A stretch of DNA of 51,733 nt from Candidatus Pacearchaeota archaeon. GTDB lineage: Archaea > Nanobdellota > Nanobdellia > Pacearchaeales > GW2011-AR1. Shown piece by piece: positions 34,040 to 42,899 of this stretch. The stretch covers positions 1-51,733 of the forward strand of contig JACPXY010000044.1 in the NCBI GenBank assembly GCA_016196285.1, given 5' to 3'. A model generated the notes under the pieces. That model did no database searches, was not told where the DNA came from, and was given only the letters and a program-made list of their open reading frames with translations. Each line of letters opens with the position of its first letter. Position 1 is the stretch's first letter. Made by a program: the position numbers and the translations under genes.

Positions 34040-34734
34040 GATTTTCTCCTTGATACATGGCGAGTTTTCCATTCATCAACCAATTCTCTGGCTTTCTGCT
34101 CGCTGAAAGGATTGAGTATTCTGCGGAAGGATGTTGCAAATGGCAGGCTGTAGAGTATTCTCTTCATCTTTTTACGCCAGATACTTGTGCGGAGTCTTTT
34201 TATTTGTTCCGGTGGACCGTAATATACAAGGTAGTGAGTATGGTCTGGAATAATTATGCAGGCACCGAAAGAGCGCAGCTCTCTCTCAGTCCATTGCGAC
34301 TTGAATATCTCATAGGGGTTGTCAAATTCTGCCTTCTCATTCCAGCAAACCTTTACTATGCTGAGCAATAAAGCATTGTTCTTCTTGAGAATCTGCTTAA
34401 TGAGCTTTCGCCCGTCCTCTTTTGTAAAATCAAACAGTACATCAAGAAGCAATACTACATCATACTTTCTCTTTATCTTCTCCAGCATCTTCCCTGCTTC
34501 ACCGATATATATATTATTATAGACGTACTTGTGAACTGGCGTTACATATCTCTTGAAGACTTCAATGCCGTCAATCTGCTTCTTGAAGTTAGGATAGGTT
34601 TCATAATCAAGATACTCCCGAGCAAGCACACCATACTTTCCGAAGCCTGTCCCAATATCTAGAAGAGAATCTGGTTTAAGTGTAATGAGTGCTTCGATTA
34701 CTCTTCCGATGAGATGGGGGCTGCTTGAAGGCAT
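34036..34734 (-). CDS. class I SAM-dependent methyltransferase
   Basis: 232 aa. It has motif I LLDIGTGFGKYG and motif II-like VVLLLDV. Confidence 0.72.
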   Translation of the reverse strand: MPSSSPHLIGRVIEALITLKPDSLLDIGTGFGKYGVLAREYLDYETYPNFKKQIDGIEVFKRYVTPVHKYVYNNIYIGEAGKMLEKIKRKYDVVLLLDVLFDFTKEDGRKLIKQILKKNNALLLSIVKVCWNEKAEFDNPYEIFKSQWTERELRSFGACIIIPDHTHYLVYYGPPEQIKRLRTSIWRKKMKRILYSLPFATSFRRILNPFSEQKARELVDEWKTRHVSRRKS

Positions 34735-34736
34735 GG

Positions 34737-35705
34737 CTACATATTCCTCTTGAAATAATTAGGATTCTTCTCTAGATTCTTGAAGTGGAAGATGAGTGAG
34801 ATAAGTGCGCCTAGAGTGTAGCGGAAATTATCATAGGATTTCTGAGATGGACGAATGATGAACCCGATTGTCCTGAGAATCGCTCTGCCTAACATCCCCC
34901 ACCAGAAGATAGATAGGTTCTTCCATGTCTGATTAAAGTCTTTTTTGAAGAGATACGCTACATAAATAATCTTTGAGTAATAAATCTTCTTGGAAGGCAT
35001 CCTGCTGCTGAAACTCACATTATGCAATGCCTTGTTTGCTTTTAGAAGATAGAGATTGCCATATTTCTTATAGAGCCTGTAAGACCAGTCAAGGTCATCC
35101 TGCACTGGATACTCTGTCAGCTTCTCGTCAAATCTGAATTCTTTCATATACTTCTTCTTGACTGCGCAGGTTCCTGTGCACATGCGTTCCACAGGCAAGA
35201 CTTCCTTTGTCAATGGGAATGGTTGTATCTCAGACATTGTTGCAAGCACCTTAGATGTATCTTTTTTATACTGCCCAAGCATGAAGAAGCGCATTACCGC
35301 ATTCTTCCAAGGATTAAACGTTTCCTTCTGAATCGAGTATGGATACCAGTTCATCCCTACTGCATTAGGATTATCTTCAAAGAAGCGCAGGGTTGCTTCC
35401 ACATAGTCTTTCTTTACCAGCATGTCATCTTCTGAAAGAAATATAATATCTCCCTTTGCCAGACGAATTCCTTTATTTGTTGAAATAGTCATGCCTCTCT
35501 GCTCAGGTTTCTTTTTGAAATAGACGATGTGTAGTTTTTTGTACTTGCCGCAAAGCTTTTTTGTCTCATTATTGTCAGAATCATCAACAATAATTACTTC
35601 GTCGAACCTGACTGTCTGCTTGACATAGCAATCCAGAACCTTCTTCAGACTTTCAGGACGATTATATGTAGGAATAATCATCGAAGTAGTCATCTTGCGA
35701 GGCAT
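34737..35705 (-). CDS. glycosyltransferase family 2
   Basis: 322 aa. Contains SMIIPTYNRPESL, IIVDDSDNN and LSEDDM. Confidence 0.85.
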   Translation of the reverse strand: MPRKMTTSMIIPTYNRPESLKKVLDCYVKQTVRFDEVIIVDDSDNNETKKLCGKYKKLHIVYFKKKPEQRGMTISTNKGIRLAKGDIIFLSEDDMLVKKDYVEATLRFFEDNPNAVGMNWYPYSIQKETFNPWKNAVMRFFMLGQYKKDTSKVLATMSEIQPFPLTKEVLPVERMCTGTCAVKKKYMKEFRFDEKLTEYPVQDDLDWSYRLYKKYGNLYLLKANKALHNVSFSSRMPSKKIYYSKIIYVAYLFKKDFNQTWKNLSIFWWGMLGRAILRTIGFIIRPSQKSYDNFRYTLGALISLIFHFKNLEKNPNYFKRNM

Positions 35706-35727
35706 AGCACTACGTGTATCTTATGCT

Positions 35728-36195
35728 TTAAAAGAGTTGTGTACTGGCAATTCTTTTCAGCAAGTGTGAGTAATCAGAAAGGCTCTCCTTGATTAGCGGC
35801 ACGAGATCGAGGTTTCCAAGCTCTTCAAAGGAGAAATAGCCGGCACGCTGGCCTTCAATAACATGCAAAGCTTCGAGAGGAGTTTCTGTCTCAGCATACC
35901 ATACTTCTAATTCAAGCGGCAGGCTCTTATGTGCTGGAGCATGTTCAGGACCAAGTGAATGCCCTCCTATTTTCTTAAGACGAACAAGCACTAAAGACTC
36001 TCCTAATTCCTCTCTTGCTTCTCGCAATAAGGCTGTATCTGCTGTCTCTCCTGATTCAATCTCGCCTCCGACTAGATCCCACTTTCCTGGATTAGTTATC
36101 TGAGGTTTATCATCCCGCTGTATGAATAGATACTTCCCCAAGGAAGGATTCCTTATAATTCCTTTCACGCCGTATATTCTTCCATCATAGGTCAT
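35728..36195 (-). CDS. NUDIX hydrolase
   Basis: 155 aa. The Nudix box is GGEIESGETADTALLREAREELGE. Confidence 0.85.
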   Translation of the reverse strand: MTYDGRIYGVKGIIRNPSLGKYLFIQRDDKPQITNPGKWDLVGGEIESGETADTALLREAREELGESLVLVRLKKIGGHSLGPEHAPAHKSLPLELEVWYAETETPLEALHVIEGQRAGYFSFEELGNLDLVPLIKESLSDYSHLLKRIASTQLF

Positions 36196-36237
36196 AATTT
36201 TCTAGAAATAACATGCCTTAAATAGCTTTGCTTAGTG

Positions 36238-36415
36238 AGTGAAGAACCCTATGGCAAGACCATAGTGCATCAGAAGAAGAAATATTATTATCTCCTGCAA
36301 CTGCTCATCTTTATCGGACACGCGATAATTATAATTGTTAGACTATCTTAGGTTTATATTGTAATCCTGCCTTGCTTTATCCCCAAGGCAAGACCTTGGG
36401 GTATTAATGAGAGAT
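36238..36415 (+). repeat. copy 1 of a ~160-180 bp repeat element with two hairpins sharing a GGCAAGACC core
   Basis: It aligns with 49532..49690 in the same orientation, with roughly 85-90 percent identity by eye and a ~22-bp extra segment in copy 1. The hairpins are CTATGG-caaga-CCATAG (36249..36265) and CCCCAAGG-caaga-CCTTGGGG (36381..36401). Confidence 0.85.
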
Positions 36416-36560
36416 CTTTGCTGTTGAACGGTCCATTACGCTTCCTGTACTCGGAACACAGCGCATTCTTGAAGCTCGTGGATTTCCTGATGAAGAAGAA
36501 CTGCAACGATACAAAGAAGTTGCACGGAAATACTTCTACGGGACCTTTGCTCCGACTGTA

Positions 36561-37220
36561 ATGCGCCCTGAGCACGAAATCTTCCAGAAGCTGGGGTACC
36601 ATAAGATAGCAAATCATACTATCTTGGTAGACCTGCAGAAAAGTGAAGAGGAGTTGTGGAATGCACTTGAGAAGAAATCGATACGATGGGGTGTAAAGAC
36701 TGCGCTGAAGAACCAAGTCCGCATTGTATCGCCTACTGCGAAAGAGGTTGATACTTTCTATACGCTATATACAAACAGACTGAAGGCGGGCGGTGTTGAG
36801 CCTGAAGCAAAAGAAAGCATGCATCTTCTAACTTCTACAAATGTCTCAAAACTCTTTGTAGTCCTCCACGGAGAAGATGTTGTGGCAGGCGGGATGGTAT
36901 TGCTTGATAAAGCACATCACTACGCTATTCTTGACCTGACTGCTGCTTCTGAGAAAGGATTTGAACTGCAAGTCATGCCATACCTCTATTGGCAGCTGAT
37001 GCTTTTCGCAAAGCAGCACGGAATGCGTTATTTTGACCTAGGAGGGTATGATGTCGGTGCCAGGCCTGGCGATAAACTTTACAACATCAACAAGTTCAAG
37101 GAGCGATTCGGCGGAAGAGTGGTAGAGCAGCCGATTTACGCGACTCATGGAAGGTATGTCTCTATGCGCAAGGTACTTGGGGCATTCAAGTTCATGCGCT
37201 CGTGGTATCGAAAAGAGTAA
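36561..37220 (+). CDS. FemAB-family (peptidyl/aminoacyl-transferase, GNAT-fold) protein, apparently 5'-truncated
   Basis: 219 aa from the first ATG. Contains LVDLQKSEEELWNALEKKSIRWGVKTALKN..., YAILDLTAAS, YLYWQLMLFAKQHGMRYFDLGG and NKFKERFGG. The frame stays open back to 36411 (EIFAVERSITLPVLGTQRILEARGF...), exactly where the repeat element ends. Confidence 0.65.
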   Translation: MRPEHEIFQKLGYHKIANHTILVDLQKSEEELWNALEKKSIRWGVKTALKNQVRIVSPTAKEVDTFYTLYTNRLKAGGVEPEAKESMHLLTSTNVSKLFVVLHGEDVVAGGMVLLDKAHHYAILDLTAASEKGFELQVMPYLYWQLMLFAKQHGMRYFDLGGYDVGARPGDKLYNINKFKERFGGRVVEQPIYATHGRYVSMRKVLGAFKFMRSWYRKE

Positions 37221-37280
37221 AAATAGATGTTCTTTCGGAAGATTTATATATCTTCAGATGAGTTTCCTCCATGTGACTAT

Positions 37281-38231
37281 ATGGCATCTAAAAAGATACT
37301 TATCACCGGTGCGGCAGGCTTTATCGGCCATCACTTAGCAAATAAACTGAGAAGTGAAGGCCATACTGTGATTGGAGTTGATAATTTTGATCATCCTTGC
37401 GGCGCTCCTGCCCAGTGTGTGCATATGGATGTGCGCGACCCTGCCTTGAAAGAGCTTATCAAAGATGTTGATGAAGTGTATCATCTTGCTGCACAAATTC
37501 ATGTCGACCGTTCGTATGAAGACCCTGAATTGACGTATGACGTGAATGTTGGAGGCACTAAGAACGTGCTTGATGCATGCAAAGAGTACAACAAAACAAT
37601 GCTACTCGCCAGCAGCGTAGAAGTCTATGGGAGTGCGAAAACGCCTGCTATCTCTGAGGATCATCCCTTGCATCCACAAAGCCCCTATGCAGAAAGCAAA
37701 CGCCAAGCAGAAGAATTATGCAAGGAATATGCAAGAAAATATGGTGTGAAGGTGAAGATTATGCGCAGCTTTAATACTTATGGTCCGTACCAAAATAGCG
37801 AGATTTATGGTTCAGTGATACCTATCTTTGTCCGAAGGATACTGAATGGGGAGCCGCCAGTCATCTTTGGCAGCGGCATCCAAACTCGGGACTTCATGCA
37901 TATCAGCGATGCATTGAACGCGTATGAACTGATGATTACTAAAGGACCTATTGGCGAACCAACTCACTTTGGAACAGGAAGCGAGATATCAATCAATGAG
38001 CTTGCTGATGTGCTCATTAACCTCATCGGCAAGAAGATGCGGCCTGTGTACTCTGCGCCTCGGCCAGATGAAGTCATGAGACTGCGTGCTAACATCACCA
38101 AGGCAGAGTCTCTTGGCTTTAAGCCAGCGATGGCACTTGAGCAAGGCCTGAAACACTATGTGGAATGGTTCATGAAGCACCGTCTTGGCGACAGTGCGAA
38201 TGTACCTTCAGGGCTCTACCTGAAAGAGTAG
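37281..38231 (+). CDS. NAD-dependent epimerase/dehydratase (4,6-dehydratase/decarboxylase-like SDR)
   Basis: It starts MASKKILITGAAGFIGHHL (ATG at 37281, about 25 nt from the TATA atttatatatc; the ORF-track start is 37227). Contains YAESKRQAE and GSGIQTRDFMHI. Confidence 0.85.
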   Translation: MASKKILITGAAGFIGHHLANKLRSEGHTVIGVDNFDHPCGAPAQCVHMDVRDPALKELIKDVDEVYHLAAQIHVDRSYEDPELTYDVNVGGTKNVLDACKEYNKTMLLASSVEVYGSAKTPAISEDHPLHPQSPYAESKRQAEELCKEYARKYGVKVKIMRSFNTYGPYQNSEIYGSVIPIFVRRILNGEPPVIFGSGIQTRDFMHISDALNAYELMITKGPIGEPTHFGTGSEISINELADVLINLIGKKMRPVYSAPRPDEVMRLRANITKAESLGFKPAMALEQGLKHYVEWFMKHRLGDSANVPSGLYLKE

Positions 38232-38280
38232 TTTGATTCTCAGTAGCACATCAAGGAACATAGAATATGCATTCTTTTGT

Positions 38281-39363
38281 TTAGGCAAGCAGTTCCCTTA
38301 ATGATTTGACAATGTACTCGCGCTCTTCTCTAGTGAGCTGAGGATGCACAGGTATGCTGATGACTTCCTTAGCAAGCTGCTCTGCAACAGGAAGCGAGCC
38401 TTCTGCACTGTATCCTTTATAGAGCGTCGTGAGATGAAGCGGCTGCGGGTAGTAGACGCGCGCTGCAATCCCTTTTTCCCCCAACTTCTGTAAAATTAGA
38501 TCTCGTTTTCCGTTGGTGATTCTCAAAGTGAATTGGTGGAATACGTGCTTCGTGCCTTTTTCACTGGGAAGAATCACATTCGGCAGACCTGCCAATTCCT
38601 TGAGAAAATAGTGCGCGTTCTCTATTCTTTTTTTAGTAAGAACCTCTATTCTCTTCAACTGCTCAAGTGCGATTGCTGCCTGCATCTCAGTTATCCTGAA
38701 GTTTAATCCGTAGCCTACATAATCATACTTTGTGCGCTGCCCTATATTGATGAAATCTCTTATCTTTCCTGCATATTCTGGATTGTTTGTCGTGATAATG
38801 CCTCCTTCGCCGCTCATGATGTTCTTTGACTCCTGAAGACTGAATGCAGCAAGGTCTCCTAGTGTGCCTGCTTTTCTCCCCTGGTACTCAGCTCCCACTG
38901 CCTGACATGCATCTTCTATCAAAAAGAGCTTGTGCTTGTCTGCAATGCGCTTGATTGCATCATAGTCATACTGCAATCCGTAAAGGTCAACAGGAAGAAT
39001 TGCTCTTGTCCTCTTAGTTATCTTTTCTTCTATCTTACTCGGATCTATGTTGAAGTCTTCTCCGATATCAACGAAAACAGGTTTAGCTTTAAAATACATG
39101 ATAGCATTTGCAGTGGCAATGAAAGTGAAGGGAGTGGTTATCACCTCATCCCCTTCCTTGAGACCGCATGCATAAAGTGCGGCTATAAGCGCTGACGTGC
39201 CGCTTGAAACAAGGATTGCATGCTGCACCTTGCAGAATCTTGCAAATGCCTCCTCAAACTCCTTCACTACCTTTCCTTGAAAGAGCCTGCCTGACTCGAG
39301 AACTTTTAGAACAGCTCTCTTTTCCTCTTCTCCGATAAATGGCCTGGCAATTGGTATCTCCAT
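38281..39363 (-). CDS. DegT/DnrJ/EryC1/StrS-family sugar aminotransferase
   Basis: It starts MEIPIARPFIGEEEKRAV (ATG at 39363, with its own TATA at 39386..39392; the ORF-track start is 39426). The catalytic-Lys region is AAFSLQESKNIMSGEGG. Confidence 0.88.
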   Translation of the reverse strand: MEIPIARPFIGEEEKRAVLKVLESGRLFQGKVVKEFEEAFARFCKVQHAILVSSGTSALIAALYACGLKEGDEVITTPFTFIATANAIMYFKAKPVFVDIGEDFNIDPSKIEEKITKRTRAILPVDLYGLQYDYDAIKRIADKHKLFLIEDACQAVGAEYQGRKAGTLGDLAAFSLQESKNIMSGEGGIITTNNPEYAGKIRDFINIGQRTKYDYVGYGLNFRITEMQAAIALEQLKRIEVLTKKRIENAHYFLKELAGLPNVILPSEKGTKHVFHQFTLRITNGKRDLILQKLGEKGIAARVYYPQPLHLTTLYKGYSAEGSLPVAEQLAKEVISIPVHPQLTREEREYIVKSLRELLA

Positions 39364-39459
39364 GATTAAGAACGTACGTGTTGTCTTATAAACTTTTCCG
39401 AGGAGAATCGAGTAGAATAAGTTCATAAGGTTTATAAATGAACTTCGATTGCAACGAGT

Positions 39460-40164
39460 ATGGCTAATGGCATTGCTGGTGTTCCGGCTACTTTTGAAGA
39501 ATTCTTAACCTCTGCCGGTTCTGTGCAGGTTGACTTGCAGTCATTAGTTATTGCACTGCTGCTTGCAACACTTCTTTCCTTCCTTCTGGCGAGACTATAT
39601 GTGAAGTATGGCACCTCTTTGTCAAATAGAAAACGCTTCGCTGACAATTTTGTACTAATAACTGTTGCAACTACTTTAGTGATTACAATCGTTAAATCCT
39701 CGCTTGCTTTATCTCTTGGATTAGTTGGTGCACTATCCATTGTGCGATTCAGGGCAGCCATTAAAGAGCCTGAGGAGCTTACTTTCTTGTTCCTCACCAT
39801 TGCGATGGGTCTTGGGCTGGGAGCAAATCAATTCTCAATAACTATTGTCTCGTTTCTCATTATGAGCGTTATTATCTGGGGCAGGCACTTCTATCACAAG
39901 AAAGATGAAAACCAGAATCTCTATTTATCAGTTGTCGGACAAGCATCATCCCATGTAACACTTGACAACATCAAGAAGATTCTTGAGAAACATTGTACTG
40001 CTGTCCAGCTCAGACGCTTTGACCATACTGCTGATGACGGCATTGATGCAACTTTCCTGATTGATGTGAGTGCATATGCCTCTCTTGAACGAGCATTAAA
40101 TGACTTGAAGAAGCTCTCAAAGAACCTCACTATCACCTACATGGATAAAATCGGCGTTCACTAA
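39460..40164 (+). CDS. DUF4956-family integral membrane protein (partner of VTC-domain proteins)
   Basis: 234 aa with about 4-5 TM segments. It has the hallmark stretch LGLVGALSIVRFRAAIKEPEELTFLFLTIAMGLGLGA and a soluble ~80-aa C-terminal tail. The TATA tttataaa is centred 25-26 nt upstream. Confidence 0.72.
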   Translation: MANGIAGVPATFEEFLTSAGSVQVDLQSLVIALLLATLLSFLLARLYVKYGTSLSNRKRFADNFVLITVATTLVITIVKSSLALSLGLVGALSIVRFRAAIKEPEELTFLFLTIAMGLGLGANQFSITIVSFLIMSVIIWGRHFYHKKDENQNLYLSVVGQASSHVTLDNIKKILEKHCTAVQLRRFDHTADDGIDATFLIDVSAYASLERALNDLKKLSKNLTITYMDKIGVH

Positions 40165-40166
40165 CC

Positions 40167-42899
40167 ATGGAAATCAAAGGCCGGGAGACTAGTGCACACC
40201 TCTACTCTAACCCGTTAGAAAAAATCAGAGCAGCATTGCAGACAAACATAGCACGTAAAGCTGGATTCGCATTTTGCATTCTTCTCTGCATCCTTACTTT
40301 TATCATAGGAGTATTTGGAGGTCTGCTTGCTACCGGTTTTTTTGGAACACTTGATGAACCATCTGAACGCACTATCGCGATTATCCATGCATTTGGCATC
40401 GGTGGCTTGAGAGAACTGCAGACTAAAGTCCTTGAGGTAAAAAATGAGCATATCAAGATACCATTCAATTACCTTCTTGGCCACCTCGCGCAGCCAAAAC
40501 GCATGACTATTGATGTCTCATTCGAAAACTATCAGAAACTCGTCTACGCGCGCGAGAAAGCAGTGAATCTTGGACTTCTAATCGTCTCTGATGATGAAGA
40601 GGTTCCTGCACGCGTGACACTTGACGGTAAGCAAGTACGTGCAGACATTCGCTTGAAAGGAGAGAATACTGATCATGTGCTGGGAGATAAATGGTCGCTA
40701 CGCATCAAAGTGAAGGATAGCGAGACATTGCAAAGTATGAGCGTCTTCTCGATACAAGACCCTGCACGCAGAAAAAATCTGAATGAATGGATATATCTTC
40801 AGGCATTGCATGACGAGGATGTGCTTGCAGTCAGGTATGATTTTGTTGATGTAACCATCAATGGCAAGCATAAAGGAATATACGCTATTGAAGAGCATTT
40901 CCAGAAACAGCTGCTTGAATCGAATGGCAGGCTTGATGGGCCGATTATTCGATTCGATGCTGAACAGCGCAGAGATGAAGTATTGCTTCGTGAACAGACA
41001 GAGTACTCTCAAATACTCTCTGAGAACATTGACTGGTATCCTACTACGACTATCCAGCTCTATAAACCGACAACGCTTCAAGATTCTGTACGGGCACAGG
41101 AGTTTGATGAAGCAAAGAATCTGCTTGAAGCATGGCGTCTCGGCAAGATGAAAACCAGCGAGGTATTCGATACTGATGTACTGGCAAAGTACTTTGCAGT
41201 CAGCACAGTCTTTGGCGGGCATCATGCAACGCTCTGGTCTAATACTCCTTTCTACTATAATCCAGTTACCTCAAAACTTGAGCCAATCGGCTTTGATGCA
41301 GAAATTGGAAATCAAGCATATCAGGGAGTTGAACCTTTCTCTCCTGTGTGCCTCAAAGCTTCTGGAGCTGCCTGCAGTGTTGCAACGACAGATTACTATG
41401 GATTGCTGTTCAGTGATGCTGTATTCTATCAAGCATATATTGAAGAGCTTAAGCGAGTGTCACAGAGAGAGTACATGGACTCCTTCTTCTCAGAACATGA
41501 ACAGGAAATCTCGCACTATACCAGATTGTTACACCGCGAGAATCCGAGCTATCATGTATTTCTTGATTCTTTCTATACAAATCAGTTGCAGATTCAATCT
41601 ATCCTGCACCCAGTTAATCAGGTTAATGCATACTATGGGGGAGTGAATGCACAGCGCAGACTCACCTTGCAGATAGGCAATACTGGCCAAGTGCCGATAG
41701 AAATTGTGGACCTGAAGTATAAGGATACTATCATCCAACCTGTAAATGGACCTCTGCTCTTACAGCGCAGACCTGCAAATTCATCGACAAATTATCAAGA
41801 AGCTGTATTTGTACTCCCATCCACACTTACTACGTGGAATGAGACTTACGTGCCTGAAATGCGCGTGCGCTACCGATTAGTTGGAGATAGTGAACTCTAC
41901 GAGGATTATGTGCTGCCTTGGCAGTACCTTGATGAATCATTTCCAGAGGATAATCTTCTGCGAGAAACTCCTAATATTGAGAGATTTTCATTCATTGAAA
42001 AAGATGAGGGCTCGAAGATTATACGGATTAAGCCAGGAACCTGGATAGTGAATGAGAGCTTGATTATCCCTGCAGGATACCGTGTGCATGTAGGTGAAGG
42101 AACTTCTTTAGACCTTACTTCTAAATCCTTAATTCTCTCCTACTCGCCACTGCAACTTGAAGGCAGTCAGGAAAGACCAGTCAGTGTCTATTCATCTGAT
42201 GGAACTGGGCAGGGGCTTGTTGTGCTGCAGGCGCGGGATTCTTCAACAGTGAGTTGGACACGATTTGAAAACCTAACTAGTGCTGATAAAAGTAACTGGC
42301 AGCTGACTGGTGCAGTAACCTTCTATGAATCTCCTGTTGCATTCGACAATGTATACTTCGGGAGCTTTCATGCAGAAGATATTCTTAATATTAAACAGTC
42401 TTCTTTCTCCCTAACTAACTCTGTTTTCAATCAGAGCACGTCTGACTGTCTGGATATTGATTTCGGGACAGGAAGAATAGAATCAGTTAAAGCATATGGG
42501 TGCGGAAATGATGGGCTTGACTTCTCAGGCAGCACTGCGAACATAAAAGATTTCTACTCACGCGGTCAGGGAGATAAGGGCATCAGTTCAGGAGAGAACA
42601 GCACAATCTCTGCTGAGGATATAGTTGTAGAGGAAGGGTATATCGGGCTTGCGAGCAAAGACTTGTCCTTCTTTACTGTCACGAACGCGACTTTGCGCGG
42701 CAATACATACGGTCTTGCATTGTACGAGAAGAAGACTGAGTTTGGAGCAGGCGTCCTGCATGGCGCAGGCATTATCTTAGAAAACAACGAGCAGGATTAC
42801 ATTAAGGACAGTGCATCTGAACTTGTACTTGAAGGTGAGAGAATGGAGGAGAGCGAGAGCAGAGATGTTTATGACTTGCTCTATCCTGAGGAATTATGA
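40167..42899 (+). CDS. membrane-anchored CotH-family (atypical kinase fold) protein with C-terminal parallel beta-helix repeats
   Basis: 910 aa. It has an N-terminal TM anchor (FAFCILLCILTFIIGVFGGLLATGFFG) and a CotH-like core (IRLKGENTDHVLGDKWSLRIKVK; SIQDPARRKNLNEWIYLQALHDEDVLAVRYDFVDVTINGKHKGIYAIEEHF). The C-terminal ~250 aa has repeated short G/D/N-rich strands (SDCLDIDFGTG..., GNDGLDFSGS..., GDKGISSGENS...). Confidence 0.78.
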   Translation: MEIKGRETSAHLYSNPLEKIRAALQTNIARKAGFAFCILLCILTFIIGVFGGLLATGFFGTLDEPSERTIAIIHAFGIGGLRELQTKVLEVKNEHIKIPFNYLLGHLAQPKRMTIDVSFENYQKLVYAREKAVNLGLLIVSDDEEVPARVTLDGKQVRADIRLKGENTDHVLGDKWSLRIKVKDSETLQSMSVFSIQDPARRKNLNEWIYLQALHDEDVLAVRYDFVDVTINGKHKGIYAIEEHFQKQLLESNGRLDGPIIRFDAEQRRDEVLLREQTEYSQILSENIDWYPTTTIQLYKPTTLQDSVRAQEFDEAKNLLEAWRLGKMKTSEVFDTDVLAKYFAVSTVFGGHHATLWSNTPFYYNPVTSKLEPIGFDAEIGNQAYQGVEPFSPVCLKASGAACSVATTDYYGLLFSDAVFYQAYIEELKRVSQREYMDSFFSEHEQEISHYTRLLHRENPSYHVFLDSFYTNQLQIQSILHPVNQVNAYYGGVNAQRRLTLQIGNTGQVPIEIVDLKYKDTIIQPVNGPLLLQRRPANSSTNYQEAVFVLPSTLTTWNETYVPEMRVRYRLVGDSELYEDYVLPWQYLDESFPEDNLLRETPNIERFSFIEKDEGSKIIRIKPGTWIVNESLIIPAGYRVHVGEGTSLDLTSKSLILSYSPLQLEGSQERPVSVYSSDGTGQGLVVLQARDSSTVSWTRFENLTSADKSNWQLTGAVTFYESPVAFDNVYFGSFHAEDILNIKQSSFSLTNSVFNQSTSDCLDIDFGTGRIESVKAYGCGNDGLDFSGSTANIKDFYSRGQGDKGISSGENSTISAEDIVVEEGYIGLASKDLSFFTVTNATLRGNTYGLALYEKKTEFGAGVLHGAGIILENNEQDYIKDSASELVLEGERMEESESRDVYDLLYPEEL

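Noticed and set aside
36354-36716. 120-aa minus-strand ORF
   Set aside because: It spans the repeat element and runs antisense to the FemAB-like frame. It is low-complexity and its position is not conserved in repeat copy 2.
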